Assembly (NCBI GenBank): GCA_000165345.1
Contig: CM000433.1
Coordinates: 32,001-96,000 of the forward strand
DNA length: 64,000 bases
Direction: 5' to 3'
Part shown: in pieces, positions 23,945 through 39,187 of the stretch
Layout: every line of letters begins with the position of its first letter
How positions within the stretch are numbered: the first letter of the stretch is position 1
Program-made: the position numbers and the translations under genes
The notes under the pieces: generated by a model
Databases searched by the model: none
What the model saw: only the letters and a program-made list of their open reading frames with translations
What the model was told of the DNA's origin: nothing

Positions 23945-24371
23945 GAAAGCCCATTAAAAATATATATATTTTTATTAGCATTAATTAATTGTTAATTCAA
24001 ATTATATTCATTGTTTGTCTGTATAATGCATTATCTTGAAGCTAAATAAGAGCAATTTACGGCTTTATTTATTTCTATATTAATCTATAATTTTAAAACA
24101 TCTATTTATACTACTTCTACTAAATAGCTTGTTATTTTTGTTCTTTTTTTTAAAAGAAGAGGTTCAAATTTACTTTCACAAATAAATCTAGTTTTCAAAA
24201 TTTATCTAAATTAATGTTAATTACTATCTTTCATTCTAATTTGTTTTCGTTTAGTATCTGAATTTTATAGAAATAATTTATTGTCCAGTTTTTTTTTTCT
24301 ATAAATAACAATTAAAAACAAATCATACTAATATGAATTACTTAAATACATTTATTATCATTTAAAAAAAA

Positions 24372-24397
24372 ATAGGCGCCAATTTTTGACACGTAAT
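24372..24397. promoter_or_regulatory. E2F-like ATAGGCGCCAATTTTTGACACGTAAT about 550 bp upstream of RPA2
   Basis: GGCGCC core plus ACGTG half-site. Sits upstream of a replication gene, as expected for E2F targets. Confidence 0.4.
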
Positions 24398-24437
24398 ATA
24401 TTGATTCAATTAAAAAGAGTTAACAATAAAGTAATCG

Positions 24438-24575
24438 AATGAGGGGATGGAAAGAGAGGAGAAGAAGAAGGTAAATAAATAAGGTAGAAAGTAAGGAAAG
24501 GAAAAACGAGAAAAAAGGAAATAAAAAGAAAGAAATAGTACTTATGTATGTGTGTGTATGTATGTGTGCATGAAA
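24438..24575. repeat. Polypurine (GA-rich) tract of about 100 nt followed by a (TG/TATG)n microsatellite
   Basis: GAATGAGGGGATGGAAAGAGAGGAGAAGAAGAAGG...GGAAAGGAAAAACGAGAAAAAAGG, then TATGTATGTGTGTGTATGTATGTGTG at 24544-24572. Intergenic, upstream of RPA2. Confidence 0.7.
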
Positions 24576-24928
24576 GGGAATAATAAATAAAATAGGGTTT
24601 TTTTTTCAAAAAAATCAAATATATATAAATAAATTAGATAAGTATTTAGATTATTTTTTTTTAAATTTTGTTTATGGGTTTATTTTGCAGATCAAAAATA
24701 ATTAATTCAATAATTTATTATTTAAATAGATATTTTTCTCGATTTTTTTTTTTAATTTAAAATGAAAAAAATTGACAAATGTGGGGAATTTTAGGTACTG
24801 AAAATTTCAAGAGATTTAAAATTAAGAGAATAAAACAATAGAAAAAAAAACTTTTTTTTTTTTTTAAAAATAATATAACTGTTTTATTAAATATTATATA
24901 ATCTATTAGATAAAAAGTTAAAGTAACA

Positions 24929-25969
24929 ATGTTTTTCAGTAGTGGTAGTTTTGGAGAATCTCCATTTTCAACAAGAAATGAATGTAATTCAAGTACAAGA
25001 AGTAGTAGTATATCTAAAAGTGAATCAAATAATACATTTAATTATTTTAATAATACAAATAGTGATGGCATAGAAAATCGTTGGAATAATAATAATAATA
25101 GTTTAGTAACACCATCCAGAAGAGTATCAATAACAACAAATAATACAACAATTAATAGTAATAATAGAAATGAAAATATGAATAGAATACAAAGAATGTG
25201 TTTACCTGTAAATATATCAATGATATTAAAAAGTTTAGAATCAAGTCCATCAGTTTTTAAGATGTTTGAAAGAAGAATAAGCTCAGTTACATTAGTTGGT
25301 TGGATAACACATAGAGAAATATTAGCTTCAAGAATGATATTTAGAGTATCTGATGGTACTGGTGGAATAGATGCAAGATTTGATATAGATTCAGAGACAT
25401 TAGGGGATGAAATAAATAGTTATTTAGATAATTTAAGAGAAGGAACAATTGTTAGATTAGTTGGTCAAGTAGTACCAGGTAAAGGAGATATTTCAACTTA
25501 TATTAGTTGTTATACAGTATTAAAAATTGAAGAAATGGGTGAATATGCATATTATCATTCAATAGAAGTAGCTTATGTAACTAATCAATTTGAGCAAGAA
25601 ATAATGGAGAATGAATTAAATATTAAAGAAGAAAATAATACATATTTATCTCCTTATACAATTTCTACTAATAATAGTAATACAAATGAATTAATGAATG
25701 AAGATTTTAATTTAGATTTAATAAAAGATATTAATGTACCAGATGATATTACTAATAAAACACATCAAATTGTATATAAAACTTTATCATATGAAATAAT
25801 GAATTTAAAATCAGAAGAAAAGAAATCGCTAGGTATTAATAAAGATCATATAATAAAAATACTCAGACCATATTATGAACCAAGTACAATATTATCAACA
25901 ATATCAGATTTAGAATCAAAATATGCTGTCATATATGAAACAATGGATAATCATTATTGTATTTTATAA
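24929..25969 (+). CDS. RPA2: Replication protein A 32-kDa subunit (RPA2)-like
   Basis: ATG at 24929. S/N-rich N-terminus (phospho-region-like). The OB fold VTLVGWITHREILASRMIFRVSDGTGGIDARFDID matches the RPA32 DBD-D pattern (VTIVG...I.Y.IDD.TG.I). The C-terminal winged-helix-like end YAVIYETMDNHYCIL resembles RPA32C. An E2F-like site lies about 550 bp upstream. Confidence 0.65.
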   Translation: MFFSSGSFGESPFSTRNECNSSTRSSSISKSESNNTFNYFNNTNSDGIENRWNNNNNSLVTPSRRVSITTNNTTINSNNRNENMNRIQRMCLPVNISMILKSLESSPSVFKMFERRISSVTLVGWITHREILASRMIFRVSDGTGGIDARFDIDSETLGDEINSYLDNLREGTIVRLVGQVVPGKGDISTYISCYTVLKIEEMGEYAYYHSIEVAYVTNQFEQEIMENELNIKEENNTYLSPYTISTNNSNTNELMNEDFNLDLIKDINVPDDITNKTHQIVYKTLSYEIMNLKSEEKKSLGINKDHIIKILRPYYEPSTILSTISDLESKYAVIYETMDNHYCIL

Positions 25970-25989
25970 ATAATTAGATTATATTTAAC

Positions 25990-26521
25990 TTAATTCTTCA
26001 TATTTAATAAAATAGAAGATTTAAGATACATTCTAATATGTTTTGATGGATTTTCAACTTCAGGACAAGTTAATGAATGAATGGATTTTATTGGTATAAA
26101 TAAAGTATTAATATTATTATAATTGGCATTGAAATTGGGGGATTTATTTGATTCTTGAATAATTACAATATTTTTTAATTGAATCATTTTTAATCTTTTA
26201 TTTTTAATACTTTTATATTGTGCTTTACTAAGAAATATTTTTCTATATTCCAAGGTACCTTGAATAGTAGATCCATTAATAAGTGTAATTATTACAATTT
26301 TATAATTTATTGAATTCAGTAATAATTCCATTAAACTATACTTTTCAAAGTATCTTTGTTGTAATATAATTAATAATAATAATAATAATAGTAATTACCT
26401 AGTGCAAATATATTGTTGCTTACCTATAGTCATTTTTATATTCTTTGTTAAAAAGTATATTTGGTATTTCATAACTTTCTTTATCAAATAAATTTTGATT
26501 CTTTTCTTTTTTAAAATTCAT
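25990..26521 (-). CDS. Hypothetical 2-exon gene, possibly an Sm-like (LSm-fold) protein. Exon 1 is 26521..26424. Exon 2 starts at 26356 or 26338 and runs to 25990.
   Basis: ATG at 26521 (MNFKKEKNQNLFDKESYEIPNILFNKEYKNDY-). The donor is AG|GTAAGC at 26423. Acceptors CAAAG| (67-nt intron) and TATAG| (85-nt intron) both join in frame to the listed ORF 25990..26331 (..SLMELLLNSINYKIVIITLINGSTIQGTLEY..), which has weak Sm1-like beta-strand patterning. TAA stop. Confidence 0.35.
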
Positions 26522-26588
26522 TTTAATTTCACATACTTTTATATTAATTGATTTACTTTAGTTTTAATTTTTTTTTTTCATTTTCATA

Positions 26589-26605
26589 GATGGGCGGTGG
26601 GGTGG
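26589..26605. promoter_or_regulatory. GATGGGCGGTGGGGTGG GC-rich element in a divergent promoter
   Basis: Lies between the Sm-like gene start (26521) and the ORF starting at 26702. Confidence 0.3.
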
Positions 26606-26701
26606 TAACGAATATGATTTTTTTTCCTAGTTTTTTTTTAAATAAAAAAAAAGAGGTATCGGATACCCTTAATTTTTTTTTTTAATAAATTAAAAAAAAT
26701 A

Positions 26702-29700
26702 ATGGTGGAAAAAATATGTTGTAGAATAATAAGCCAGATTCCATTAATTAAGTATTCAAAATTGGGAATAATAGTTAGGATTCATGCAAGTAAATATGTT
26801 TCAGAAGATGAACAACAAATTGATTTAGTTTTTGATATTTATATTGATGAATTAGTACCTTCAAAATCAAATATTTTTTTTGATATCTCTGTTAATAATA
26901 ATAAAGGAGATCTTATATTATTAACATCAGAAAGTTGTTGTGTGGTAGCTGAGATACCTTGGGATAGGAATATTGGAGAATTTCAAAGAATCAATAATAT
27001 ATTTAATTCTGGATCTTCTTCCTCATCATCGTCTTCCTCTTCGTCTTCCTCTTCGTCTTCCTCCTCATCATCATCCTCCTCTTCTTCTTCTTCAACTTCC
27101 AATTCCAATTACAATTCTAAATCAGTAATTAACTTAAATTCTTCACTAACTAATACTAATACTAAAGGACAACATCTCATAAAGTTTAAAAGACCCTCTC
27201 ATTCATATGGACTTTTTGAAGAAGATTATGATATTAATAATTATCATCATTTTAATGAAGATAATAAATATAATAAAGAATTCTATTCTGATAATTATTC
27301 TACAAATCATCCAATATTTAATAAATTAATGAATCATCAAAATAATAAATCACAGGTAACCAATGAATCTTCTTCAAAACAAGAAGATAATAACCTATAT
27401 GTATATAATATACCTTTAGTTACTGGTATTATGGTATTTAATACTTTAAAAATAAAAGATGAACATGATCGAATTTTTCATTTAAATAATAATAATAAAT
27501 CAAATATTATTAAATCATTATGGTATCATTTAGATGATTATATTATATTTATATTAATAAAATCCAATCATAATGATAATAAATCCACATCAAAATTAAT
27601 TGTTTTAGATTTAATTTCTATTATTAATTCTAATAAAGAAATTAATTCTCAAACTTTTAATAATATTGAAAATAATTTTATTATTAATTATTTCAATACA
27701 AATAATAATAATAATCATCATCATGATAATCATAAAATTCCTGTTGATTTTGTATTTGGAAGAGGACCAGATATTTGGAATATATTAACAATTTACATAT
27801 TATTTGAAGATAACACAATCTTTTCTATATGTCCAGTAATTATGAATAGAATGAAATTACCTTATTTTGCATATCAATTATTATATACAAATTTACTTGA
27901 ACAAGAATTTTTATTAAATTCAAAAGATGAAATTATTGATCAAACAGATTTTTATTATGATGAAAATCTTCATAATACTTTAAATATTATTCTTGGAGAT
28001 TTAAGAAATCCTATTGATGAATCTGGGAATATTATTGAAGAAATATTACAAGTTAATATATCTAAAGAAAATTTTCAAATAATATCATCAATATTAAAAC
28101 CTATTCCAATTCAACTTTTTATTTCATGGAAATTAGAAAATCATGAATTTAATAATATTAAATCATTAAAATTCATTTCTATAACAAATTATCCATTATC
28201 AGTATTTATTATTTTAGGATCAAATTTAGAAATTGGTGTCTTTATTGCAAGTTATTTATCATTACCAAAATTTCAAGATAATTCTGATCATAATTTAAAT
28301 CCATGTAAAAAGAATATTTTTATAATGAATAATCAAATAGATGATTTTCAATTAGAAGATATTCAAGATGAATTTAATTTCACACTTCAATGTATTCAGA
28401 AATCTAAAATACCTTTAGATTTTGAAATATCAAATAGTAAATATAATAATGATAATACTAGTATTTATGATCTAGACAAATACAAAGATAAAGACAAAGA
28501 AGAAAATAAAGACGAAGAAGAAAAGGAAAAGGAAGAAGAGGAGGAAGAAGAATTAATAAGGAAAATTATCTCAAAATTAAGATTTTATGATGGAGTACAT
28601 TTTTATAATACTATTGGTACCGATACTACTAATATAAACAACAATAAACCATTATTTATTGTTGGTATTTCAACAGAAAATAATTTATTTGTTATATATA
28701 TTGATTGGTTACATTATTTATTCACTTTGTATTCAACAATAGAATCTGATATTAATTATCAAGATGAGGATAATAAAGTATTACCAGTATCTGAAAACTT
28801 GGAAATCATAAGAAAATGTATTAATTCAAATCCAGAACTAAAAATACACAAGTTAATTTCTTTCAATAATATAAAAGATTATTACAATATTAATTTCAAT
28901 AATACTTATTTAACTTTTACTTCAAATTATTGTATTAATAAAACCAATAGTAATAATAAAATTGACAGAAATAAAGTAGAGATTGAATTTATATATAACT
29001 CCAATTCCAATTCCAATAATAATCAGAACAGAAATTCCAAATGTTATATATTATGTAATCCAGATTATGATGAATTACCAGAAATTTCAAATGATGAAAT
29101 ACAAAATACAAAATCCATTAAAAAAGAATTCAATATTAAAGATTTTATAGATTTGGATAATATTGATAATGATAATAATGTTGATAATAATAATATTGAT
29201 AATGAAATTACACAAGTTGATTATCAATTAAATAAATTAAATGAATATACTCAAGAATCATTATTAATTGAAATGAAGAATTATCATAATAAATTTAATT
29301 TACTTGGAAATGAAATAAAATCAATAAAAGATGAAAAAGAGATTTCTGAATATTATTTAAATGTATTAAAATTCTTGAATGAATATAATTCCAATGTTAT
29401 TTTAAAATTAAATAACACAACAAAGCCAATAATTAATTTGATAGAAAATATTAAGCCCAGAATTAATTTAATAAATGAATTAAAAGAAGAGATTGAAAAT
29501 ACCAATAAGGAAATTAAAAAAAGAGAGGATGAAATTCAATTAAAGATAAAAAATACACTTGAATTAAGCGATTCCATTAATGAAAGAATTTTAAGAATAA
29601 AAAATTTATTCATTCAAGAATTAAATAATCACAGAATTCAATATAACCAAGATGTAATAATTCCAGAGCTTTTATTAATGCTATCAAATGTTCAATTAGA

Positions 29701-29959
29701 ACTTTGTTCTGCCATTTTTAACTCATTTAATAGTAATTTGGATAATACTTCAATAAATAATGGAAATGATGATGGTTCACTTGGTAATAATAATGAAAAA
29801 TGTAAGAATTATGATGAATTTGATCAAAATAAAATTAATTCTTTTAATAATGAATTTAATAATTATATGAAATATAATAAATTTGTGATTAGTAAATTCC
29901 AAAACTTACAGAATAAAATTCTTGAACTGAACAGAATAGTATGTAGTTATTCCAAGTAA
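26702..29959 (+). CDS. Hypothetical protein (1085 aa) with a poly-Ser tract and a C-terminal coiled-coil
   Basis: ATG at 26702. The ~35-residue poly-Ser run is encoded by a (TCN)n tract at 27013-27105. The C-terminal 250 aa is heptad-like (EIKSIKDEKEISEYYLNVLKFLNEY...). TAA stop. No family assigned. Confidence 0.5.
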   Translation: MVEKICCRIISQIPLIKYSKLGIIVRIHASKYVSEDEQQIDLVFDIYIDELVPSKSNIFFDISVNNNKGDLILLTSESCCVVAEIPWDRNIGEFQRINNIFNSGSSSSSSSSSSSSSSSSSSSSSSSSSSSTSNSNYNSKSVINLNSSLTNTNTKGQHLIKFKRPSHSYGLFEEDYDINNYHHFNEDNKYNKEFYSDNYSTNHPIFNKLMNHQNNKSQVTNESSSKQEDNNLYVYNIPLVTGIMVFNTLKIKDEHDRIFHLNNNNKSNIIKSLWYHLDDYIIFILIKSNHNDNKSTSKLIVLDLISIINSNKEINSQTFNNIENNFIINYFNTNNNNNHHHDNHKIPVDFVFGRGPDIWNILTIYILFEDNTIFSICPVIMNRMKLPYFAYQLLYTNLLEQEFLLNSKDEIIDQTDFYYDENLHNTLNIILGDLRNPIDESGNIIEEILQVNISKENFQIISSILKPIPIQLFISWKLENHEFNNIKSLKFISITNYPLSVFIILGSNLEIGVFIASYLSLPKFQDNSDHNLNPCKKNIFIMNNQIDDFQLEDIQDEFNFTLQCIQKSKIPLDFEISNSKYNNDNTSIYDLDKYKDKDKEENKDEEEKEKEEEEEEELIRKIISKLRFYDGVHFYNTIGTDTTNINNNKPLFIVGISTENNLFVIYIDWLHYLFTLYSTIESDINYQDEDNKVLPVSENLEIIRKCINSNPELKIHKLISFNNIKDYYNINFNNTYLTFTSNYCINKTNSNNKIDRNKVEIEFIYNSNSNSNNNQNRNSKCYILCNPDYDELPEISNDEIQNTKSIKKEFNIKDFIDLDNIDNDNNVDNNNIDNEITQVDYQLNKLNEYTQESLLIEMKNYHNKFNLLGNEIKSIKDEKEISEYYLNVLKFLNEYNSNVILKLNNTTKPIINLIENIKPRINLINELKEEIENTNKEIKKREDEIQLKIKNTLELSDSINERILRIKNLFIQELNNHRIQYNQDVIIPELLLMLSNVQLELCSAIFNSFNSNLDNTSINNGNDDGSLGNNNEKCKNYDEFDQNKINSFNNEFNNYMKYNKFVISKFQNLQNKILELNRIVCSYSK

Positions 29960-30066
29960 TAGGTTTATATTAATTTCCAAAAAAAAAAAAGAAAAAAATA
30001 GTGATTTCAATATAATTTAATAATATTTGTTTAATAATGGTATTAATGAGGTTATAGTGATAATAA

Positions 30067-32637
<2,571 letters not shown>

Positions 32638-33211
32638 TTATTAATAATTAATTAATTTACTCTGTAATCAACCCGTATACATTAATTCATAGAATGTATG
32701 TAATATTTGAAACTATCTTTTATTTTTTCTTTTATTATTTATTTATTATTTTTTTTAATTAAATTAAAAAAAAACTTGGTATTAATTTTTTTTTATTTGA
32801 ATCATGAGGGGCGCTCTATTTCCTATTTTTATATTACGTGGAGATTATTGAAATTTGCTATTAATAATATACATGCAAATATTAACCCGCTCAAACACGT
32901 AATTATCAAATTTTTACATGTATTTTATAATTTAATTTAGCTATATAATATATAATAATGACTAATAAAGGCTCTAATTAAGTAATTGAACAACGATAAT
33001 TAAAATAATAAAATTAAAGAAAATAAAAACATTTCAAGTGTGAAATAGAATAATTTTACAAAAAAAAAGAAAAAAATTAAATCTATATTTTAGTAATTAA
33101 TGAATAAATTTGATAAGAATTTATGAAGCAAAATTATTAAAACTAACAATAAAGTATTAAGTTCTTTTTTAGATTAAATTTTTGAAAAAAAATTAAGATT
33201 GGTTAAAAAAA

Positions 33212-34606
<1,395 letters not shown>

Positions 34607-34812
34607 TATTGATTAATAATATTGCACTTTTTCACTTGAAATATTAAATTATATATCAGTAATCTTAGTAATAATATTATAAATAATTTTAGAATAAAGA
34701 ATATAATATATTTCTTTATACAGTTTTTTTTTCAATGTTTATTTCACAGCACTTTTCTTTTTCTCTTTTTATTTAATCTTTAAATATTTATTATTAATAT
34801 TTAATTACGAAT

Positions 34813-34823
34813 GGGCGGGAAAT
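34813..34823. promoter_or_regulatory. GGGCGGGAAAT (reverse: ATTTCCCGCCC), E2F-like
   Basis: About 200 bp upstream of the gene starting at 34606 (minus). Identical to the element at 17463. Confidence 0.4.
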
Positions 34824-35021
34824 GGGGTTTCTGCATTTATAATATATTTGTGTGATATTTAGTAATGATATTCTTAAAAATGAATATTTCAATATAAACA
34901 GAAATTTTTATTTATTACAAAAAAAATTCTTTTTCATGTATTCTTTTGTAAAATAAAGTAAATATTTAATTACATAAATTTAAAATTCTAAATAATATAT
35001 TAAAAAATTGTTTTAATTGAA

Positions 35022-35564
35022 TTAAACAGAGTTGCCTTTTGATTTATTCTTATCAGATTTTTTACTTTTCTTATCAGATTTTTCAGTTTTCTTTTTAACT
35101 TTAATTATATCGTCTTTACAAGTGATATTTTCAACATTTGATTCAAACTTTTGTTTTGATTTTGTTTTTTTTTTATCTTTCTTTGAATTGGAAGATTTAC
35201 TACTTTTGCTAGAAATTGATTGACTTTCATCCTCACTATCAGTAGAAAGGTCGTCTGAATTTAAATCTTCATATCTAGAATCATTAATATTTGTTGACAA
35301 TTTATTTGCAACATTATTATATGCATCTTTCCACCAATCTGACCAATCTTGAGAAGATTCTCTTGTAACTTTTGCACCAAGTCCTAAATTATCACTCTTT
35401 TTTTTTATTTGAATACATTCTTGCATTCCTACTTCTTCTTTTCCAAGACCTTTTCCTTCCGTCCAACCCATTTTTTGAAGCAAATTTATACCAATATTTG
35501 AAGAAAATGGAATTGCTGAATGTAATCCTCCACTATTCAATTTATCAAAATAATTCTTTGACAT
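35022..35564 (-). CDS. G-patch domain protein (180 aa)
   Basis: ATG at 35564. The G-patch consensus is visible: GINLLQKMGWTEGKGLGKEEVGMQECIQIKKKSDNLGLGA (the GxxxxxKMGWxxGxGLG...GLG pattern). A Ser/Lys-rich tail follows. TAA stop. Confidence 0.7.
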   Translation of the reverse strand: MSKNYFDKLNSGGLHSAIPFSSNIGINLLQKMGWTEGKGLGKEEVGMQECIQIKKKSDNLGLGAKVTRESSQDWSDWWKDAYNNVANKLSTNINDSRYEDLNSDDLSTDSEDESQSISSKSSKSSNSKKDKKKTKSKQKFESNVENITCKDDIIKVKKKTEKSDKKSKKSDKNKSKGNSV

Positions 35565-35964
35565 TTTACATTTAAATATATCAGCTATAAACTAAATAAT
35601 ATTAACTTATATTAAAATATTATTTTATATCTTCTCCTTCTTACTTAAATTATAAATTTTGTTTAATTAATTACAAATCAATTTTAATAATAACTTTTTT
35701 CTTTCAAAATTAACTTAATTTATATTAATTTTGAACTATATTTATTCTCTTAATATTCTTTACTATAAAATAATTCAAATTTGTATCATGGAGATAAATA
35801 TATGACCGGATTTATAAATAAATTTTCTCAATTCCTTTTAATGTTATTAATTTTAATTTAATTAATCTATTAAGGGAAAAAAAATCATCCAAAATGTAAA
35901 TTTAGACCTTTAATACCTCCAACTATGAAATATTTTTATATTAATAATAAAAATTACTTTAAAA

Positions 35965-35983
35965 TTACGTGTGGCGCCAAAAT
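35965..35983. promoter_or_regulatory. TTACGTGTGGCGCCAAAAT: perfect E2F consensus (reverse: TTTTGGCGCC) fused to an ATTACGTG element
   Basis: About 400 bp upstream of the G-patch gene start (35564, minus). Confidence 0.45.
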
Positions 35984-36166
35984 AAATTAGATAATATTAT
36001 ATAAAATATAAATACAAGTGGAAATAAAACAGAGAAAAAATAATCAAATTGATTAATTAGTGTAATATCATCTAAAATTCCTTCTAATAATAATAATAAA
36101 AAAAAAGAAAAAAAATCAATAATGTAATACCTTGAATTAAAAAAATAATAATAATTTTGTTTCGAA

Positions 36167-38125
36167 TTAAATTTCTTCTTCAAATTTATATCTGAAAAAT
36201 TCATGTCTTAGAGCCATTTCAGGGGTAGGTCTTAAATTAGGATCTGGTCTCAAAATATATCTAATAAATTTGGCCAACATAATATGTTTTTTATGTACTA
36301 AATTCTCAAGAGGTCTACAGTCATTAACTCTTTTAATAGAAGTATTGCTTGAACTTCCTTCTGGCCAATTTAAAATATATTTATACTCTTCACTAGGGTG
36401 GTGGTTATTATTATTACTGATTTTTAATCTATTAACATATTTCTTCCCAGATTTACTACTATTATAAGCTTTTTTAAGCATGTAATCAGGAAATGGTTCA
36501 ATAATCTTTTCAATCATAGCTAAATGTTCCATATGTTCATGTGTTTTAAATAGTAATACACCTGTATAAAGTTCCATTAGAATACAACCAAAACCCCACA
36601 TATCACTAGACATATCCCATCCTAAATCTAAAATTACTTCAGGAGCTCTATATTGTCTTGTATTAATAACACTACCATGATAATCATGTTCATAAGTTGC
36701 TGCACCAAAATCAATCAATCTAATTTCAGGACGTACTGGTCTTCTAATTAATGCACCAGGATGTCTTGGAGCATTTACCCATATATAATTATTATCAGTA
36801 AATAATATATTCTCAAGTTTAAGATCAGTATGAGTTAATTTCATCTTTCTTAAAAAAGATAAAGCTAATAAAAATTGTTCTGAAATATTCTGAATATCAG
36901 CAAGAAAGAAACCTCTTGAACAATTACCATCTAAAAAATCAAATAAACTTGGTCCAAGTTTTTCAAATACAAGACACATATTTGAGTTATTAAATAAAAA
37001 TGCATTATATAACATAACGCAATATGAATATTCACCAAATTTATCTTCCATATTAATATCTCTAAGAATTTCTGCTTCAATTTTTGCTGCTGATGTATAT
37101 CTTTGTACATCTCTTATTACCTTTATTGCAACTTTTCTTTTTCTTTTTAAATCTTCACATTCAAAAACTCTTCCAAAAGTACCTTCTCCTATAATATCTA
37201 ATATACGATATCTTGAAGTTAAATATTGTCCAACATACCATTGAAAATGTTCTATTTCATCTGAATTTGTATTATTATTATTATTATTATTATTATGATA
37301 ATTATTATTCATATTATTATTATTACTATTATTATTATTATTGTTGTTATTTCTATTACGATATTCTCTAGATAATTCATTATCTTGAGAATAATCTAAT
37401 GAATCATCTGAATATCTAACTTTTTTATTAGAATTATTATAATATGTAATTGAAGAACCACGAGAATCATATGATCTATATTCATTAATTCCTATATCTT
37501 TATATTTTAACATTCCACTTGCACTACTTAATCCTCTTCTTTTCTTAATTTCATTATTATCATAATACTTATGATAATAATTACTATTAATATTATTATT
37601 AACATTTTTACTATGTAACATAATATTATATCCAGGTTTTAATCCATAATTTGTTATATCATGATTGTTATCATTATTATTATCACAATTATTAGTATTT
37701 ATATTCATATTCATATTTATATTGTTATTATTATTTCCATAATATCTTTTTTGATAGTAACTATTACCATCATTACTATAATTTATATTGTCTAATTGTT
37801 TTTCTGTTGATGCAACATATAGTGTTTCATATTCATACTCTGGCATTAAATTTATTCTAGAAGTATTAATACCAGAATTTGAATTATTAATAATATTTCT
37901 ATTTCCAACATATGTATTGTTTATTTCATTCTTTCTATGTTTAATTCCTGTTCTTCTACTTTCATAATAAGTTCTTTTTCTATTATTTTGTGGTAAATCT
38001 ACATAATCATCTACATAATAGCTATTCATATATTCATTACCACTCATATTTCTGGATATTTCATTATATTTATTATTAACATTAATATAGTTTAATCCAT
38101 TTCTGAATTTTGTTCTTTGGTCCAT
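36167..38125 (-). CDS. LAMMER/CLK-family dual-specificity protein kinase (CMGC group)
   Basis: ATG at 38125. The kinase domain includes GEGTFGRV, VAIKVIR, HTDLKLENILF, DFGAAT and the diagnostic LAMMER-like motif EHLAMIEKIIEPFP (canonical EHLAMMERILGPLP). The N-terminal 300 aa is N/Y-rich low complexity. TAA stop. Confidence 0.85.
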   Translation of the reverse strand: MDQRTKFRNGLNYINVNNKYNEISRNMSGNEYMNSYYVDDYVDLPQNNRKRTYYESRRTGIKHRKNEINNTYVGNRNIINNSNSGINTSRINLMPEYEYETLYVASTEKQLDNINYSNDGNSYYQKRYYGNNNNNINMNMNINTNNCDNNNDNNHDITNYGLKPGYNIMLHSKNVNNNINSNYYHKYYDNNEIKKRRGLSSASGMLKYKDIGINEYRSYDSRGSSITYYNNSNKKVRYSDDSLDYSQDNELSREYRNRNNNNNNNNSNNNNMNNNYHNNNNNNNNTNSDEIEHFQWYVGQYLTSRYRILDIIGEGTFGRVFECEDLKRKRKVAIKVIRDVQRYTSAAKIEAEILRDINMEDKFGEYSYCVMLYNAFLFNNSNMCLVFEKLGPSLFDFLDGNCSRGFFLADIQNISEQFLLALSFLRKMKLTHTDLKLENILFTDNNYIWVNAPRHPGALIRRPVRPEIRLIDFGAATYEHDYHGSVINTRQYRAPEVILDLGWDMSSDMWGFGCILMELYTGVLLFKTHEHMEHLAMIEKIIEPFPDYMLKKAYNSSKSGKKYVNRLKISNNNNHHPSEEYKYILNWPEGSSSNTSIKRVNDCRPLENLVHKKHIMLAKFIRYILRPDPNLRPTPEMALRHEFFRYKFEEEI

Positions 38126-38911
38126 ATTTAAAAATTTAATTAATTATATGTAATTTACATAATATATTCAAATTATTAATATTATTAGATTCTTTATAAA
38201 TAAAACTTTTAATTTATCTGAATCTTGCATTTATTAGGGTATTTATAATCCCATAATTTTCATTAGCATTAATATAGTCACAATAATACGAGAATTTTTT
38301 TTTTTCTTTTCTTTTTTAATTATATTTCCAAAAAAAAAAAAAAAAAAATATAAATAAAATAATTTAATTAAATTTACCAAATCTTACTTGAATAATTGAT
38401 ATTGCTTAATTTTAATTTGAAATTTTTACAGTAAATGTTAGTATAATTCACTATTGGACTTTACTATATATTCTATTTCGTTTTTAACCCTTACTTCCTT
38501 GTATATTTATCTCAACAAGAATAAATAATAAACTTGGAAGAGAACATATATATATATATTGTTTATACTTGTACTTAAAACTCTAATATATATTTATACA
38601 TTATTATATATAAATATATATTCTTATATAGCATTGTATTTATGATATATTAATTATTATTATATTTATCTTGATTATATCTTTTTTTTGATTTTTAAAT
38701 TGTTTTTAATTTTAATTTTTTTTCTTCAATTATTTTACTTTATTACTATTTATTTTTATAATATAAATTTATTTTATATAATAACAGTCTGGACTGTACA
38801 AAAAGGCGGGAATTATGGGTTAAATTATATTATATACATATATAAATATAATACAATATATTATATATTGTAAATAGTATATTTCTATATATATAATTTT
38901 ACATTATATAA

Positions 38912-39002
38912 TTTTATATTGTATTATTATATATTGTATTATTATATATTGTATTATTTTATATTGTATTATTTTATATTATATTATTTTATATTATATT
39001 AC
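38912..39002. repeat. Degenerate ~15-bp tandem repeat (ATATTGTATTATTAT / ATATTATATTATTTT), about 6 copies
   Basis: Direct reading of 38912-39002 in the 1-kb spacer between the LAMMER kinase gene and the next gene. Confidence 0.6.
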
Positions 39003-39187
39003 ATAAATGTATATATGTATTTTAAATAGATTTTTTAATTGATAGATTAATTAGTGTGATTTAATTATTTGAATGTATAGTAAATAGGATGAAAAAAGAG
39101 AGGAATTGATAAAGCTTTATATTCTTTCATAAACTTTTATACAGAATAATGATATGGTTGCTATTCGACTTGTATTATTATTATTAT

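Noticed and set aside
24406-24618. 70-aa minus-strand ORF in the RPA2 upstream spacer
   Set aside because: It is a translation of the complement of the polypurine tract and TG microsatellite (SFFLVFPFLTF, THTYTHIHK). Pure low complexity.
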